64,000 nucleotides of DNA from assembly GCA_963526625.1 (NCBI GenBank), contig CAURNF010000002.1, forward strand, positions 35,493-99,492. Reading direction: 5' to 3'. This document shows positions 50,175-60,283 of this stretch, piece by piece (within the stretch, counting starts at the first letter, position 1; every line of letters begins with the position of its first letter). The notes below the pieces were generated by a model. The model ran no database searches, was not told the origin of the DNA, and was given only the letters and a program-made list of their open reading frames with translations. Source of the stretch: an uncultured Candidatus Saccharimonas sp. (GTDB lineage Bacteria; Patescibacteriota; Saccharimonadia; Saccharimonadales; Saccharimonadaceae). Both the position numbers and the translations under genes were made by a program.

Positions 50175-51040
50175 TGGGTGAAAATAAAGAAGTAGCTTTT
50201 TTGAAACGAAATGCCATTAATAAGGCTAACCAAACAATGTTTTTGGCGGTTGCGGGCGCTGCTTTAATTGCTGGTGCATCTGTTGTTGGAATGATTTATC
50301 TTTTTAGGATTTTTACATTTAATGCTAAAGTTCTTAGTGAACAAGATAAAAGTATCTCAACAATTCAAAAAAATATCCAAAATATTGAAGATTTAAAGAG
50401 TAAGCTAAGCTCATTAGAAACCGATCCGAATCTTAATGAGCGAAAATTGAAATCTAATGCCGAAGACGGCGGTTTGCGTGTTATTGCTGATGCCTTACCT
50501 GATAGCGAGAATGCTGCCGCTCTTGCAGCAAGCCTTGAAAAGAATATTTTTTCTGAAGGTGTGACTCTTGATTCATTCAGTATTGACTCTGATACCTCTG
50601 CAAACAAAAGTCTTTCAGGATCAAGCTCAGCATCAAATTCTTCTAGTTCATCAGTAACTAGCGGTAATCAAGATCCAAATAAAATTCCAGAAGGCGTGAA
50701 AGATATTCAATTTTCAGCAACAATTTCTGCAGGTTTTCAGGGTGAAGGCTCAAATTCAGCACGAGTTGCTAAATCTCAAGATGAAGCACTTAATAACCTA
50801 ATTAACACTGTTCGAAAGATGGAAAGATCAATTAGAGCAATAAATATTACAAGTTTTAAATTCGAGCGTTCGCTTAACAGATTTAGTCTTAACTTTTCTG
50901 CAAAAGCCTACTATTATCCTAAATATACAATGAAGCTTGAAAGCAAGAAAGTTAAAGCAGATGAAACTGCAAAACCAGCAACTTCTATAACTGGAACTGG
51001 CAAAACTCAAAACTCAAGCACTACAGGAGGATCGAAATAA
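50174..51040 (+). CDS. PilO-like type IV pilus alignment protein
   Basis: TM, coiled coil, ALP motif, MERSIRAINITS. Position after pilN. Confidence 0.6.
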   Translation: MGENKEVAFLKRNAINKANQTMFLAVAGAALIAGASVVGMIYLFRIFTFNAKVLSEQDKSISTIQKNIQNIEDLKSKLSSLETDPNLNERKLKSNAEDGGLRVIADALPDSENAAALAASLEKNIFSEGVTLDSFSIDSDTSANKSLSGSSSASNSSSSSVTSGNQDPNKIPEGVKDIQFSATISAGFQGEGSNSARVAKSQDEALNNLINTVRKMERSIRAINITSFKFERSLNRFSLNFSAKAYYYPKYTMKLESKKVKADETAKPATSITGTGKTQNSSTTGGSK

Positions 51041-51258
51041 TGAAAAAAACTGATATTGCGATGATTGTTTTGATTGCGGGCTTTAGCGTTTTGATTTCAT
51101 ATTTAGTTATTAACTCTTTGGCTCAGGGTGGATTTTCTGAACAAACTTATGAGGTTAAGACTACTGAACCAATTTCGAACGAATATGTAAAACCAAGTAG
51201 TGAAATTTTTAATAAGGATGCTATTAATCCAACAGTTCAAGTTAATATTGGACAATAA
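51040..51258 (+). CDS. Small membrane protein of the T4P operon
   Basis: 72 aa, single TM, FNKDAINPT. Translationally coupled (TAATG). Confidence 0.7.
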   Translation: MKKTDIAMIVLIAGFSVLISYLVINSLAQGGFSEQTYEVKTTEPISNEYVKPSSEIFNKDAINPTVQVNIGQ

Positions 51259-51285
51259 ATATTAAATAATTCAAAAAGGAATGTA

Positions 51286-53055
51286 ATGACATTATTAACC
51301 AATGATATTCAGGATAGACTTGCAAAAATCCTTGTTGAAGAGGGTCTTATTCAAGAATCAAAAATTGAGTTGGCTATAAGAGAGGCTGGTTTAAACAATC
51401 AGTCTCTAATGTCGTATATGATTGAACATAAGTTTCTTGATAATGAAATTCTTATTCACGCTACAGCTCATGTTTCGGGGATTCCCTATGTTAATCTTGA
51501 AAATACTACCATTCCGCAAGAGACTCTTGATTTAATTTCAGTTGATATTGCTGAACGAAATATGGCGGTTCCAATTGCTGAAGTTCAGGGGCGAATTGCT
51601 GTTGCGATGCTTGATGCCACGAATATTCAAGCCGTTGATTATCTTTCTAGTCTAATTCAGCGCCCTCTAAAAGTGTTTATGGCGAGCCAAAAATCAATTA
51701 GGCATATTTTAGATCAATATAAAACTGATCTTTCTGGTGTTGATGCTTTGGCTGAAAATGTTGATGCGCAAACTCAGGCGGAAGCAGAATCGAAACGACA
51801 GGTTCAAACAATCGTGCAAGACTCGCCGATTTCGAAAGCTTTGAATACAATTTTGGAATATGCTGTTCGTGCAAAAGCATCCGATATCCATATTGAACCG
51901 CTTGAAAAATCTTTGAAAATTCGCTGTCGAATAGATGGTGTTCTTCGAGAAATCATGAATTTGCCAAAGAGTATTGAGCCGGCTTTAATTTCACGTATTA
52001 AGATTCTATCAAGCTTAAAGATTGATGAGCACCGTGTGCCGCAAGATGGTCAGTTTGCTGTTGCAGTTGGAGATAAAGAAGTCGACCTTCGTATCGCTAT
52101 TTCGCCGGTTGTTTGGGGTGAGCAAGTCGTGATTCGTTTGCTTGATAAAACGGGTAATTCTTTTAATCTTGAAGAAATGGGATACGCTGGGCGAGCTCTT
52201 CGAACAATTCGAAAGGGAATTGCTGCTCCGAATGGAATGGTTTTAACATCTGGTCCAACCGGTTCTGGTAAATCAACATCGCTTTATGCATTGATTAAAG
52301 AGATTAAAGACGATTCGGTGAATATTATTACGCTTGAGGACCCTGTTGAATATAAGATGGACGGTGTAAATCAGATTCAAGTTAATGCTGAGGTTGGATT
52401 AACTTTTGCAGCGGGATTGCGCTCTATTTTGCGTCTTGACCCTGATATCGTGATGGTTGGAGAAATTCGTGATGGTGAAACAGCCAACCTTGCCGTTCAG
52501 GCCGCATTAACTGGACACTTAGTATTTTCAACACTTCACACCAACTCTGCTGCTGGAATTTTGCCTCGCTTGATTGATATGGGGATTGAACCTTTCTTGA
52601 TTGCTTCAACAGTGAATACGATTATTGGTCAGCGGCTTGTTCGAAGAGTTGCAGCGAAGCGAAATACTTATCAATCTTCACCGCTTGAAACGCAAAGCAT
52701 TATCGAAACTGTGGGTCATTTGTTACCAAAAACACCTGAGGAAGTAGAAAAAGTTTCAGCTGACTTGGGCTATAAAAATCTACCTCTTGCAAACCAAAAG
52801 TCTTATACTCTTGTGAAGGGCCGTGATACGCCGCAAACACCGGGTGGATATCAAGGGCGTGCAGGTTTATATGAAGTTATGGAGGTGACCGAAGAAATTC
52901 AACAACTTATCATTAAACATGCAACTTCGCACGAGGTTCAAAAAGTAGCAATGGCGCAAGGGATGATCACAATGCGCCAAGATGGATATCTTAAAGCTTT
53001 AACAGGAATTACAACATTAGAAGAAGTCAATAGGGTTGCGTCTGATAGCGCATAA
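51286..53055 (+). CDS. pilB: Type IV pilus assembly ATPase (GspE/PilB)
   Basis: ASDIHIEP, PQDG, GPTGSGKST, LEDPVEY, DPDIVMVGEIRD, TGHLVFSTLHTN. Confidence 0.93.
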   Translation: MTLLTNDIQDRLAKILVEEGLIQESKIELAIREAGLNNQSLMSYMIEHKFLDNEILIHATAHVSGIPYVNLENTTIPQETLDLISVDIAERNMAVPIAEVQGRIAVAMLDATNIQAVDYLSSLIQRPLKVFMASQKSIRHILDQYKTDLSGVDALAENVDAQTQAEAESKRQVQTIVQDSPISKALNTILEYAVRAKASDIHIEPLEKSLKIRCRIDGVLREIMNLPKSIEPALISRIKILSSLKIDEHRVPQDGQFAVAVGDKEVDLRIAISPVVWGEQVVIRLLDKTGNSFNLEEMGYAGRALRTIRKGIAAPNGMVLTSGPTGSGKSTSLYALIKEIKDDSVNIITLEDPVEYKMDGVNQIQVNAEVGLTFAAGLRSILRLDPDIVMVGEIRDGETANLAVQAALTGHLVFSTLHTNSAAGILPRLIDMGIEPFLIASTVNTIIGQRLVRRVAAKRNTYQSSPLETQSIIETVGHLLPKTPEEVEKVSADLGYKNLPLANQKSYTLVKGRDTPQTPGGYQGRAGLYEVMEVTEEIQQLIIKHATSHEVQKVAMAQGMITMRQDGYLKALTGITTLEEVNRVASDSA

Positions 53056-53067
53056 AACGGGAGGAAT

Positions 53068-54135
53068 ATGAATCAAAATCTAAGAATAGAAATTTTACTT
53101 GAAGAAATCGTTCGAAAAAACGCAAGCGATCTTCATTTACAAGTTGGTTTGCCGCCAATGATGCGGCTTGATGGTGTTTTGGCGCCATTCCCAGGATATA
53201 ACCCATTGAATGCTGAAGAAGTTGAGCATCTTGTTTTTGCAATTCTTGATGATGATCAGCAAAAAATTCTAATTAAAGATAAAGAATTTGACTTCTCATT
53301 TGCCTTTGGCGATTTGGGTCGTTTTCGTGTTAATGCTTTTCATGAACGCGGTAATTTAGCAGCTTCACTTCGTTTAATTCCAAATCAGATTAAAACTATT
53401 GCTGAACTTGGAATGCCACCAGTGATTCAGTCTTTTGCCGATTTTCCGCGTGGTTTAGTTTTAGTTACCGGGCCAACTGGTTCAGGAAAATCTACAACTC
53501 TTGCCGCTTTGATTGATAAAATTAACAGTGAAAAAGCTCAGCATATCATTACAATTGAAGATCCGATTGAATTTACGCATAAATCGAAACGCTCAGCGAT
53601 TGTTCAGCGAGAGGTTCATTATGATACCTACTCATTTTCTGCAGCTCTTCGAAGTTCGCTTCGTCAAGATCCAGATGTTGTTTTAATTGGTGAGATGCGT
53701 GATCTTGAAACAATCTCGGCTGCAATTACAATTGCTGAAACTGGGCACTTAGTATTTGCAACACTTCACACAAACTCTGCGGCGCAATCAATCGACCGTA
53801 TGATTGATGTTTTTCCGCCGCACCAACAGCCTCAAGTTCGTTCACAGCTTGCTAATATTCTGCAAGGAATTTGTGCTCAACGACTTGTTCCTGCAATTGG
53901 CGGTGGGCGAGTTGTTGCGGCTGAAGTTATGGTTGCGAACCCTGCAATTCGAAATATTATTCGTGAAGGAAAAACTCATCAGCTTGATACTGTTATTCAA
54001 ACTGGTTCCGACCAAGGGATGCAGACAATGGACAGAACGCTTGTTAAATTGGTGCAATCTGGCGTGGTAACTTATGATGATGCGCGCGAATTTGCGGTTG
54101 ATTTAGTTGAATTTGAAAGGTTGATGAGAGGCTAA
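53068..54135 (+). CDS. pilT: Type IV pilus retraction ATPase
   Basis: ASDLHL, GPTGSGKSTTLA, LRQDPDV, AIRNIIRE, GMQTMD. Confidence 0.95.
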   Translation: MNQNLRIEILLEEIVRKNASDLHLQVGLPPMMRLDGVLAPFPGYNPLNAEEVEHLVFAILDDDQQKILIKDKEFDFSFAFGDLGRFRVNAFHERGNLAASLRLIPNQIKTIAELGMPPVIQSFADFPRGLVLVTGPTGSGKSTTLAALIDKINSEKAQHIITIEDPIEFTHKSKRSAIVQREVHYDTYSFSAALRSSLRQDPDVVLIGEMRDLETISAAITIAETGHLVFATLHTNSAAQSIDRMIDVFPPHQQPQVRSQLANILQGICAQRLVPAIGGGRVVAAEVMVANPAIRNIIREGKTHQLDTVIQTGSDQGMQTMDRTLVKLVQSGVVTYDDAREFAVDLVEFERLMRG

Positions 54136-54136
54136 T

Positions 54137-55342
54137 ATGAAAAAATTTTCTTATAAAGTAAAAGATCGTGTTACTGGTAAAATTGTTAAAGGCGAAATTT
54201 CAGCAGATAGCCAGCGTGCGGCTGGAAAAGCTCTTATTGATCAAGGCTATATTTTGCAAGACGATATTTATGAAGTTGGCCAAGAAAACGCTTTGGCGAG
54301 GTTTATGAACCGAATCACAACTAAGGATAAAATCGTCTTCACTCGTCAGTTTGCTACTTTGATTGGTGCAGGTTTACCTCTTGCACAGGCCCTTAGAACG
54401 GTTTCTGAGCAAACTGAAAATAAAAAGATGCGCTCAGTTGTTGATGATATTTTAGCTTCAGTTGAAAGTGGTTCAAGCTTGAAAGATGCTTTTTCGAAAT
54501 TTCCAGATATTTTCGATAAAGTTTATCTTGCTTTGATTGCTGCTGGTGAAATGTCGGGAACACTTGATGAATCGCTTCGCCGTGTTGCAACTCAACAAGA
54601 AAAAGACGCGGCAATGATGAGCAAAATCCGCGGGGCTTTAACTTACCCAGTAATTGTGCTTGTGGTTATTGGTCTCGTGATGGCGTTTATGATGGTGCAG
54701 GTTGTTCCTCAAGTTAAGCAGCTCTATAAAGATATGCACCAAGAATTGCCATTTGCAACACAAATTCTTATTGGAATATCAGACTTTATGATTAACTTCT
54801 GGTGGCTTGTTTTGGTTGGAATAGGTGTTGCTGGTTATTTCTTCCGCCAATATCTTAAAACTGAGTCAGGAATTAAATTTGCGGCAAATTTCAAACTAAA
54901 TGTTCCATTGTTTAGCCCGCTATTTCGAAAGCTCTATATGGCACGATTTGCAAGAACTGGTCAGCTTTTGCTTTCAACTGGCGTGGCAATGCTTGATATG
55001 CTCAACATTTGTGGTGATGCAATGAATAATGTTATTGTGAAAAAGAGTATTGATGAAGCCGGAAAACTCGTTCAAGGTGGTAAAAGTCTTTCAGAATCTT
55101 TAAAGGGCAAAGATTATATTTTAGATATGGTGCCACAAATGATTAACATTGGTGAGCAATCTGGTAAAATTGATGAAATGCTTGGCAAAACCGCACAGGT
55201 TTATGAAGATGAGCTTGATGAGCAAATTAAAGCTATTTCAACCTTGATTGAGCCAATCTTGATGGTTGTGATGGCATTGATGGCGGGTGGTTTGATTGGT
55301 GCAATTTTGTTCCCAATTTACTCGCTAGTTACAAAAGTTTAA
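54137..55342 (+). CDS. pilC: Type IV pilus platform protein (GspF/PilC)
   Basis: FTRQFATLIGAGLPL, AGEMSGTLD, ALTYP, IGEQSGKID, LIEPILM. Confidence 0.93.
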   Translation: MKKFSYKVKDRVTGKIVKGEISADSQRAAGKALIDQGYILQDDIYEVGQENALARFMNRITTKDKIVFTRQFATLIGAGLPLAQALRTVSEQTENKKMRSVVDDILASVESGSSLKDAFSKFPDIFDKVYLALIAAGEMSGTLDESLRRVATQQEKDAAMMSKIRGALTYPVIVLVVIGLVMAFMMVQVVPQVKQLYKDMHQELPFATQILIGISDFMINFWWLVLVGIGVAGYFFRQYLKTESGIKFAANFKLNVPLFSPLFRKLYMARFARTGQLLLSTGVAMLDMLNICGDAMNNVIVKKSIDEAGKLVQGGKSLSESLKGKDYILDMVPQMINIGEQSGKIDEMLGKTAQVYEDELDEQIKAISTLIEPILMVVMALMAGGLIGAILFPIYSLVTKV

Positions 55343-55360
55343 TTTTTTGAAAGGGAGAGA

Positions 55361-56263
55361 GTGGAGAATTTTCTATTAAGTTTAATTTTTGGCGTAATTG
55401 GTGCCGTTTTGGGTAGTTTTTTGGTTGCCCAAGTTTGGCGATTGCGCGCAAAACAACTTCAAGAAGAGAGAGAATCTGGCAAAAAAGTTGATTCTACTGA
55501 ATGGAAAAAACTCCACTCTTTGGTTTCGGTCAAAACAAAAAATGACCGCTCACATTGCTTAAACTGCAACTATCAACTAAAGTGGTTTGATCTAATTCCG
55601 ATTATTTCTTGGCTTTCACTTGGTGGGAAATGTCGTAAATGTCGTTCGAAAATCGGTTCGCTTGAATTTTTCTCTGAAATTTTAATGTTTGCGCTTTTTG
55701 CGATTATTTTCTTAATTTTTAACCCAATTTCGAATGGCACAATTTTAGTTTTGCCAGCAATTAGACTTTTCATTTTATTAATTTCTCTGGTTCCGCTTGC
55801 AATTATGTTTATTTATGACGCTAAGTGGTCGCTTTTGCCAACCAAACTTCTGTATATTTTCAATATTTTAGCGTTTATCTATTGGGCAACTGGATTTTTG
55901 ACAGTTTCTGGTGGATTTAACTTAAAATCCGTTTTTTACTTAGTAATTTCAATGATATTCTTCCCGTTGATCTATTTTGTGCTTGCAAAAATTTCGAAAG
56001 AGCAATGGGTTGGCGGTGGCGACTGGATTTTGGCAGTTGGCTTGATTTTTCTTTTACCAAACCACCCAGTTTTTGCGATTTTTCTACTTTTCCTTTCAAA
56101 TGTTGTAGGCTTAGTTTTTGCAGTTTTTCAATCTATCTTGCATTTTCGAAAAGTTAAACGTGGAACACAAATTCCATTTGGCCCAGCAATGATTTTAGCG
56201 GCTTTAATTTTGTTAGCCCTTCAACAGCAAATTTTGGTATTTTTTATCAATTTGATAATGTAA
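55361..56263 (+). CDS. pilD: Prepilin peptidase
   Basis: RSHCLNC, LIPIISWL..GKCRKC, IYDAK...LP, GGGDW, IPFGP. Confidence 0.9.
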   Translation: MENFLLSLIFGVIGAVLGSFLVAQVWRLRAKQLQEERESGKKVDSTEWKKLHSLVSVKTKNDRSHCLNCNYQLKWFDLIPIISWLSLGGKCRKCRSKIGSLEFFSEILMFALFAIIFLIFNPISNGTILVLPAIRLFILLISLVPLAIMFIYDAKWSLLPTKLLYIFNILAFIYWATGFLTVSGGFNLKSVFYLVISMIFFPLIYFVLAKISKEQWVGGGDWILAVGLIFLLPNHPVFAIFLLFLSNVVGLVFAVFQSILHFRKVKRGTQIPFGPAMILAALILLALQQQILVFFINLIM

Positions 56264-56296
56264 AAATAAAAAGCTTATGGTATAATAGGAGTAAAT

Positions 56297-57364
56297 ATGG
56301 AAAACTTTACAATGAAAAAAGCTTTTACAATTATTGAAGTGATACTTGTTTTGGGTATCTCTGGTTTAATGTTGGCAACTATGCTTGTTGGCTGGAATGC
56401 TAGTATTGAAAAACAGCGCTATAATGATTCAGTGAATACTTTTAAATCAGATATTCAAGGTGTGTTTTCGGATGTAGAAAATCAAACTAACGATAAAGGT
56501 TCTACAAAAATTAAATGTGATACATCTGGCGCAAATATAAGTATTTTAAAAGATAATAGTGGAAAATTAACAGGTTCAAGCAATTGTGTAATACTTGGAA
56601 AGTATATTTCTCTATATAATGGAAATGTTATTCCTGGGAATGAGAATGCAACTCTTGGGCAAGAGCGATTCAGGGTTTTTGATGTTATAGGAAAAGATAT
56701 AGATACATCAAAGGATTGTCGGGCTATAGATGAGAATGGTAGATTACGTGGTGATTTGCGAGCATGTAGAAATAGTATAGAAGCCTTACGTGCAACAAAG
56801 TTTGTTCTTGATGGTGGCAAAAATAGCGTAAAAGGCCCAAAGGATATAGAGTTGCAATGGCGCGGAACATATAAAAATGTTACAGATAATAGGATAACTA
56901 GTGCTAGTGGGATACGGGCATTCAGCCACAAAAGTGCAGTTACCTCAATAACGAGTGGTGATAATAAGTGGCATGGTTTGGATACGATCACAGGCGTTTT
57001 AATATTAAGATCTCCTATTGATAATTCAATAATTTCTTTCGGTACTTCAGCAATGATAGAACATGGTTCTCTTGATAATGATGGCCTTATAGCTGCTTTT
57101 AGAGATATAAATATAAATAGTGATTTTGTTATCAAAAATGGAAAAACAGTTAATGTATGCGTTCGACCTTCCAACGACGGAGTACAATGGTATGCTGGTG
57201 GCTTCAATTTCTTCGGCGATAGAAATAAAGTTGTAAAAATTGGGCCTTCGGCTTCTGCCGTTGAAATCGCACCTCTTGACGGTCCTAAGGGCTCTTCTTG
57301 CGGTGGTGATAGAAAAGGTGATGCAAGATTTGGTGATGTAATAATTGATGGGAAAAACTTATAA
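56297..57364 (+). CDS. Type IV prepilin-like protein with large C-terminal domain
   Basis: Class III signal KKA|FTIIEVILVL. Cys-containing C-terminal domain. Confidence 0.8.
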   Translation: MENFTMKKAFTIIEVILVLGISGLMLATMLVGWNASIEKQRYNDSVNTFKSDIQGVFSDVENQTNDKGSTKIKCDTSGANISILKDNSGKLTGSSNCVILGKYISLYNGNVIPGNENATLGQERFRVFDVIGKDIDTSKDCRAIDENGRLRGDLRACRNSIEALRATKFVLDGGKNSVKGPKDIELQWRGTYKNVTDNRITSASGIRAFSHKSAVTSITSGDNKWHGLDTITGVLILRSPIDNSIISFGTSAMIEHGSLDNDGLIAAFRDININSDFVIKNGKTVNVCVRPSNDGVQWYAGGFNFFGDRNKVVKIGPSASAVEIAPLDGPKGSSCGGDRKGDARFGDVIIDGKNL

Positions 57365-57975
57365 TGAAATTTCGAAAAGGTGATACATTAATTGAAGTAC
57401 TTCTTGCTATTGCTGTTTTTGCAACTGTAATGATGATTGGGCTGACTGCAATGAATAATGGAATGTCGCGCGCACTAGCAAGTTTGCAGCTTACTATGGC
57501 ACGAAACGCTATGGACACTCAAGCGGAGGCTTTGCGTTTTGCAAATGCAGCATTTATTTCTGAATACCGTGCAGATAGCTCAGAAGTTTCGAGCCCTGCG
57601 GCAGAATTATGGAAAAATAGCTTAACGAAAGATGCTCAAGGCTCGGCAACCCCGCTTGGGGAGTGTAGTCGAGGCTCAAGTGCTTTTGTCATCTCAACAA
57701 GAGATATGGCGACGAATCGTGGTTATCATGCTGAAAAAATAGTTAATGCAATAACTTATCCGCGAATTGCTTATGGTGATGATAAAGATAATAATGCGAA
57801 CTGGCTACGCGATGATCTTCCTTATAGAAGTGCACAAGGTATTTGGGTTGAGAAAGTTCATGCTCCAAATACAAAATATTATGATTTTCATATTCGTGCA
57901 TGTTGGTCTGCGCCAGGAACTAACGCAAAAACAACTCTTGGAACGATTGTGAGGTTATATGACCCAAGGAACTAA
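57364..57975 (+). CDS. Type IV prepilin-like (PilV-like minor pilin)
   Basis: Class III-like signal RKG|DTLIEVLLAIAVF. Confidence 0.8.
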   Translation: MKFRKGDTLIEVLLAIAVFATVMMIGLTAMNNGMSRALASLQLTMARNAMDTQAEALRFANAAFISEYRADSSEVSSPAAELWKNSLTKDAQGSATPLGECSRGSSAFVISTRDMATNRGYHAEKIVNAITYPRIAYGDDKDNNANWLRDDLPYRSAQGIWVEKVHAPNTKYYDFHIRACWSAPGTNAKTTLGTIVRLYDPRN

Positions 57976-58633
57976 AAAAGGTTTTACGATTATGGAATTA
58001 ATGCTAGCAATGGGCGTGATTGCATTTTTGCTTATTGGTGTTGCTGGCTTAATTATTCAAATGACGAACACGATTACTCGTGGTACAACTTATAAAGATT
58101 TAAATACTGCTGCTCGTACAATTAATACAGATTTTACTAAGACTTTCAATTCTTCGCCAATGCTTGATGATTGGAATGGCGGTGTTGATGGTAAATTTTA
58201 TAAATCTACTGGTGCGGCTGGCGCATTTTGTACTGGAACCGTGAGCTACTTGTGGAATATAGGAGATGGAAGACGGATAGTTTTCGATGATATTAGTGCC
58301 GTTAAATTAGTAAAAGTTCGCGATACTGCTAGATCTTATTGCGCTGATGGTGCCGAAAATACAATTTGGCGAAGGGTGCCTCGTGACAACAATGTTACAG
58401 AAATCCTAACTGGCGGTGAAATTGATCTTCGACTACACGGAATTAATTTTTCAACCTCGCCTAATTTAAAAAATAGTGCATCAAACCAAATGATCGTTAA
58501 TATTTCTTATATTCTGGGAACGCCAAACAATGGCGATATAGATGTAAGCACATATAATTGTGAGGGAAATATTAAAAGTAATTATTGCGCAGTTAATAGA
58601 TTCGATTTAACTGTTCGAACTCTTGGTAAATAA
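57959..58633 (+). CDS. Type IV prepilin-like (PilW-like minor pilin)
   Basis: Class III signal KKG|FTIMELMLAMGV. C-terminal Cys pair. Confidence 0.8.
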   Translation: MTQGTKKGFTIMELMLAMGVIAFLLIGVAGLIIQMTNTITRGTTYKDLNTAARTINTDFTKTFNSSPMLDDWNGGVDGKFYKSTGAAGAFCTGTVSYLWNIGDGRRIVFDDISAVKLVKVRDTARSYCADGAENTIWRRVPRDNNVTEILTGGEIDLRLHGINFSTSPNLKNSASNQMIVNISYILGTPNNGDIDVSTYNCEGNIKSNYCAVNRFDLTVRTLGK

Positions 58634-58660
58634 AAAGTGGCTTTCGAAGGGCCACTTTTA
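58632..58660. terminator. Bidirectional terminator between prepilin and xer genes
   Basis: AAAAGTGGC-TTTCGAAGG-GCCACTTTT. Confidence 0.75.
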
Positions 58661-59575
58661 TTCTGTTTCGCTGTGAAATTTCTCGTGAATTTCTTTTAAA
58701 TGCTGGTCAGTGATATGCGTATAGATTTGTGTTGTTGCAATGCTAGCGTGGCCAAGCATTCCTTGCACTGAGCGCAAATCCGCACCATTCACGAGTAAAT
58801 CTGTTGCAAAAGAATGTCGCATCGTGTGGGGCGAAACATGTTTTGTAATTCCAGCAAGTTTTGCATATTTCTCAACCATCCTTTGCACCGAACGTGGTGT
58901 AATTCGCCGATAATTTCCATCAGTTGAAGGTTTCTTGTATCGCCGCGAATAATTTAAAAATAATGGTTGTAAGTTGTCATTTCGGGCGTCTAAATAATTT
59001 TCGATATGTTCTGCGGCTTTTTTCGAAATAAAAATTGGTCGATCTTTGTTTCCTTTTCCACGAACGGTAAATTCACGCCGCTTTATATTGATGCTTCCGC
59101 GGTTTAAATTTACAAGCTCAGAAACACGCAATCCGCTCGAAAAGAGTAATTCCACAATTGCGCGGTCTCGTAAATCACTCTCGGTTTCATTTGGAATCTC
59201 AGCAATTAAGCGCTCAATTTCTTCATAATGCAAAAAATTCACTTGCGGCTTTACAATTTTTGGTAGCTCAATCTTTGAAGGTTCCAAGCTTTTAATATCA
59301 CGCCGAGCAAGATAAGTTAAAAATCTTCGAAGAGCAATTAAGTGATAAGCTTGCGTAGCTCGCCCTAAATCTTTGCCGGATTCATTTTCGTAACGATTAA
59401 GCCATAAACGATATTTTCGAACTAATTCTGAGGTAATTTCTTTTGCTGGAATATCACCCGCAAATTCAACAAATCGCTCCAAATAAAGCCTATAATTCTC
59501 GGCTGTCTTTTTCGAACGGCCACCTTCAACTTCGAGCGACTCAATAAAATCTTCAATTCCTTCAGAAATATACAT
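58658..59575 (-). CDS. XerC/XerD-family tyrosine recombinase
   Basis: RDRAIVELLFSSGLRVSEL, GKGNKDR, SPHTMRHSFAT, LGHASIATTQIYTH (catalytic R-K-H-R-H-Y intact). Confidence 0.93.
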   Translation of the reverse strand: MYISEGIEDFIESLEVEGGRSKKTAENYRLYLERFVEFAGDIPAKEITSELVRKYRLWLNRYENESGKDLGRATQAYHLIALRRFLTYLARRDIKSLEPSKIELPKIVKPQVNFLHYEEIERLIAEIPNETESDLRDRAIVELLFSSGLRVSELVNLNRGSINIKRREFTVRGKGNKDRPIFISKKAAEHIENYLDARNDNLQPLFLNYSRRYKKPSTDGNYRRITPRSVQRMVEKYAKLAGITKHVSPHTMRHSFATDLLVNGADLRSVQGMLGHASIATTQIYTHITDQHLKEIHEKFHSETE

Positions 59576-59641
59576 AATCTTATTATAGCATTTTTTTATA
59601 AAAAATAGTATAATTTATAAAGAAGTCTAAGAAGGAGTTTT

Positions 59642-60151
59642 ATGTCGAAAGAATTAATTCAGCGAACATTAATTTTATTTAAGCCAGATGCTGTTCAGCG
59701 TGGAATTGTGGGGGAAATTTTAACGCGTTTCGAAAGGGTTGGTTTGAAAATAATCGGCACAAAAATGATTTTCCCAAGCAAAGAACATTATCATAAGCAT
59801 TATGAAGGAATCGGCAAAATGGTCACTCGGCGCGGTGAAAAAGCTTTTGACATGGCGTTGGAATTTATGACTCAAGGGCCTGTAATTGCAATGGTTTTTG
59901 AAGGCGTGGAGGCGGTTGAATTGGTGCGAAAACTTGTTGGTGGAACTGAACCAAAAACGGCGCTTCCTGGTACAATTCGTGGTGATTATTCGCACATGAG
60001 TTTTGGTTATGCGGATGAGCACAATGTTGGGATTCCGAATCTAATTCATGCTTCGGGTAGTATTGAAGAAGCTAAACAAGAAATTTCGCACTGGTTTTCA
60101 GATTTTGAAATTTACGACTATACTTCACCTCGCGAAAAATTTACGCGTTAA
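59642..60151 (+). CDS. ndk: Nucleoside diphosphate kinase
   Basis: KPDAVQRG, PGTIRGD, NLIHAS. Confidence 0.95.
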   Translation: MSKELIQRTLILFKPDAVQRGIVGEILTRFERVGLKIIGTKMIFPSKEHYHKHYEGIGKMVTRRGEKAFDMALEFMTQGPVIAMVFEGVEAVELVRKLVGGTEPKTALPGTIRGDYSHMSFGYADEHNVGIPNLIHASGSIEEAKQEISHWFSDFEIYDYTSPREKFTR

Positions 60152-60194
60152 AATCTCGCTATTTTTTTAAAAATCTGGTAAAATAGAATAGTAA

Positions 60195-60271
60195 GCCTCG
60201 GTAGCTCAATTGGATAGAGCAGTTCCGTCCTAAGGAAAAGGTTGTAGGTTCGATTCCTACCCGGGGTACCA
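60195..60271 (+). tRNA. tRNA-Arg(CCT)
   Basis: GCCTCGG...CCGGGGTACCA; anticodon loop GT-CCT-AA. Confidence 0.92.
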
Positions 60272-60283
60272 CTAAATTTATTT

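Noticed and set aside
58658..59575. Tyrosine recombinase beside the pilin genes as an integron integrase or pilin invertase
   Set aside because: It looks like a standard XerC/D, lacks the IntI-specific insertion, and I saw no attC-like sites or inverted repeats flanking the pilins.
60220..60240. Anticodon-arm irregularities in tRNA-Arg(CCT) (G32, G27-A43) and tRNA-Thr (A31-C39) as signs of pseudo-tRNAs
   Set aside because: Acceptor, D and T arms, CCA ends and promoters are intact, and single mismatches are tolerated in functional tRNAs.
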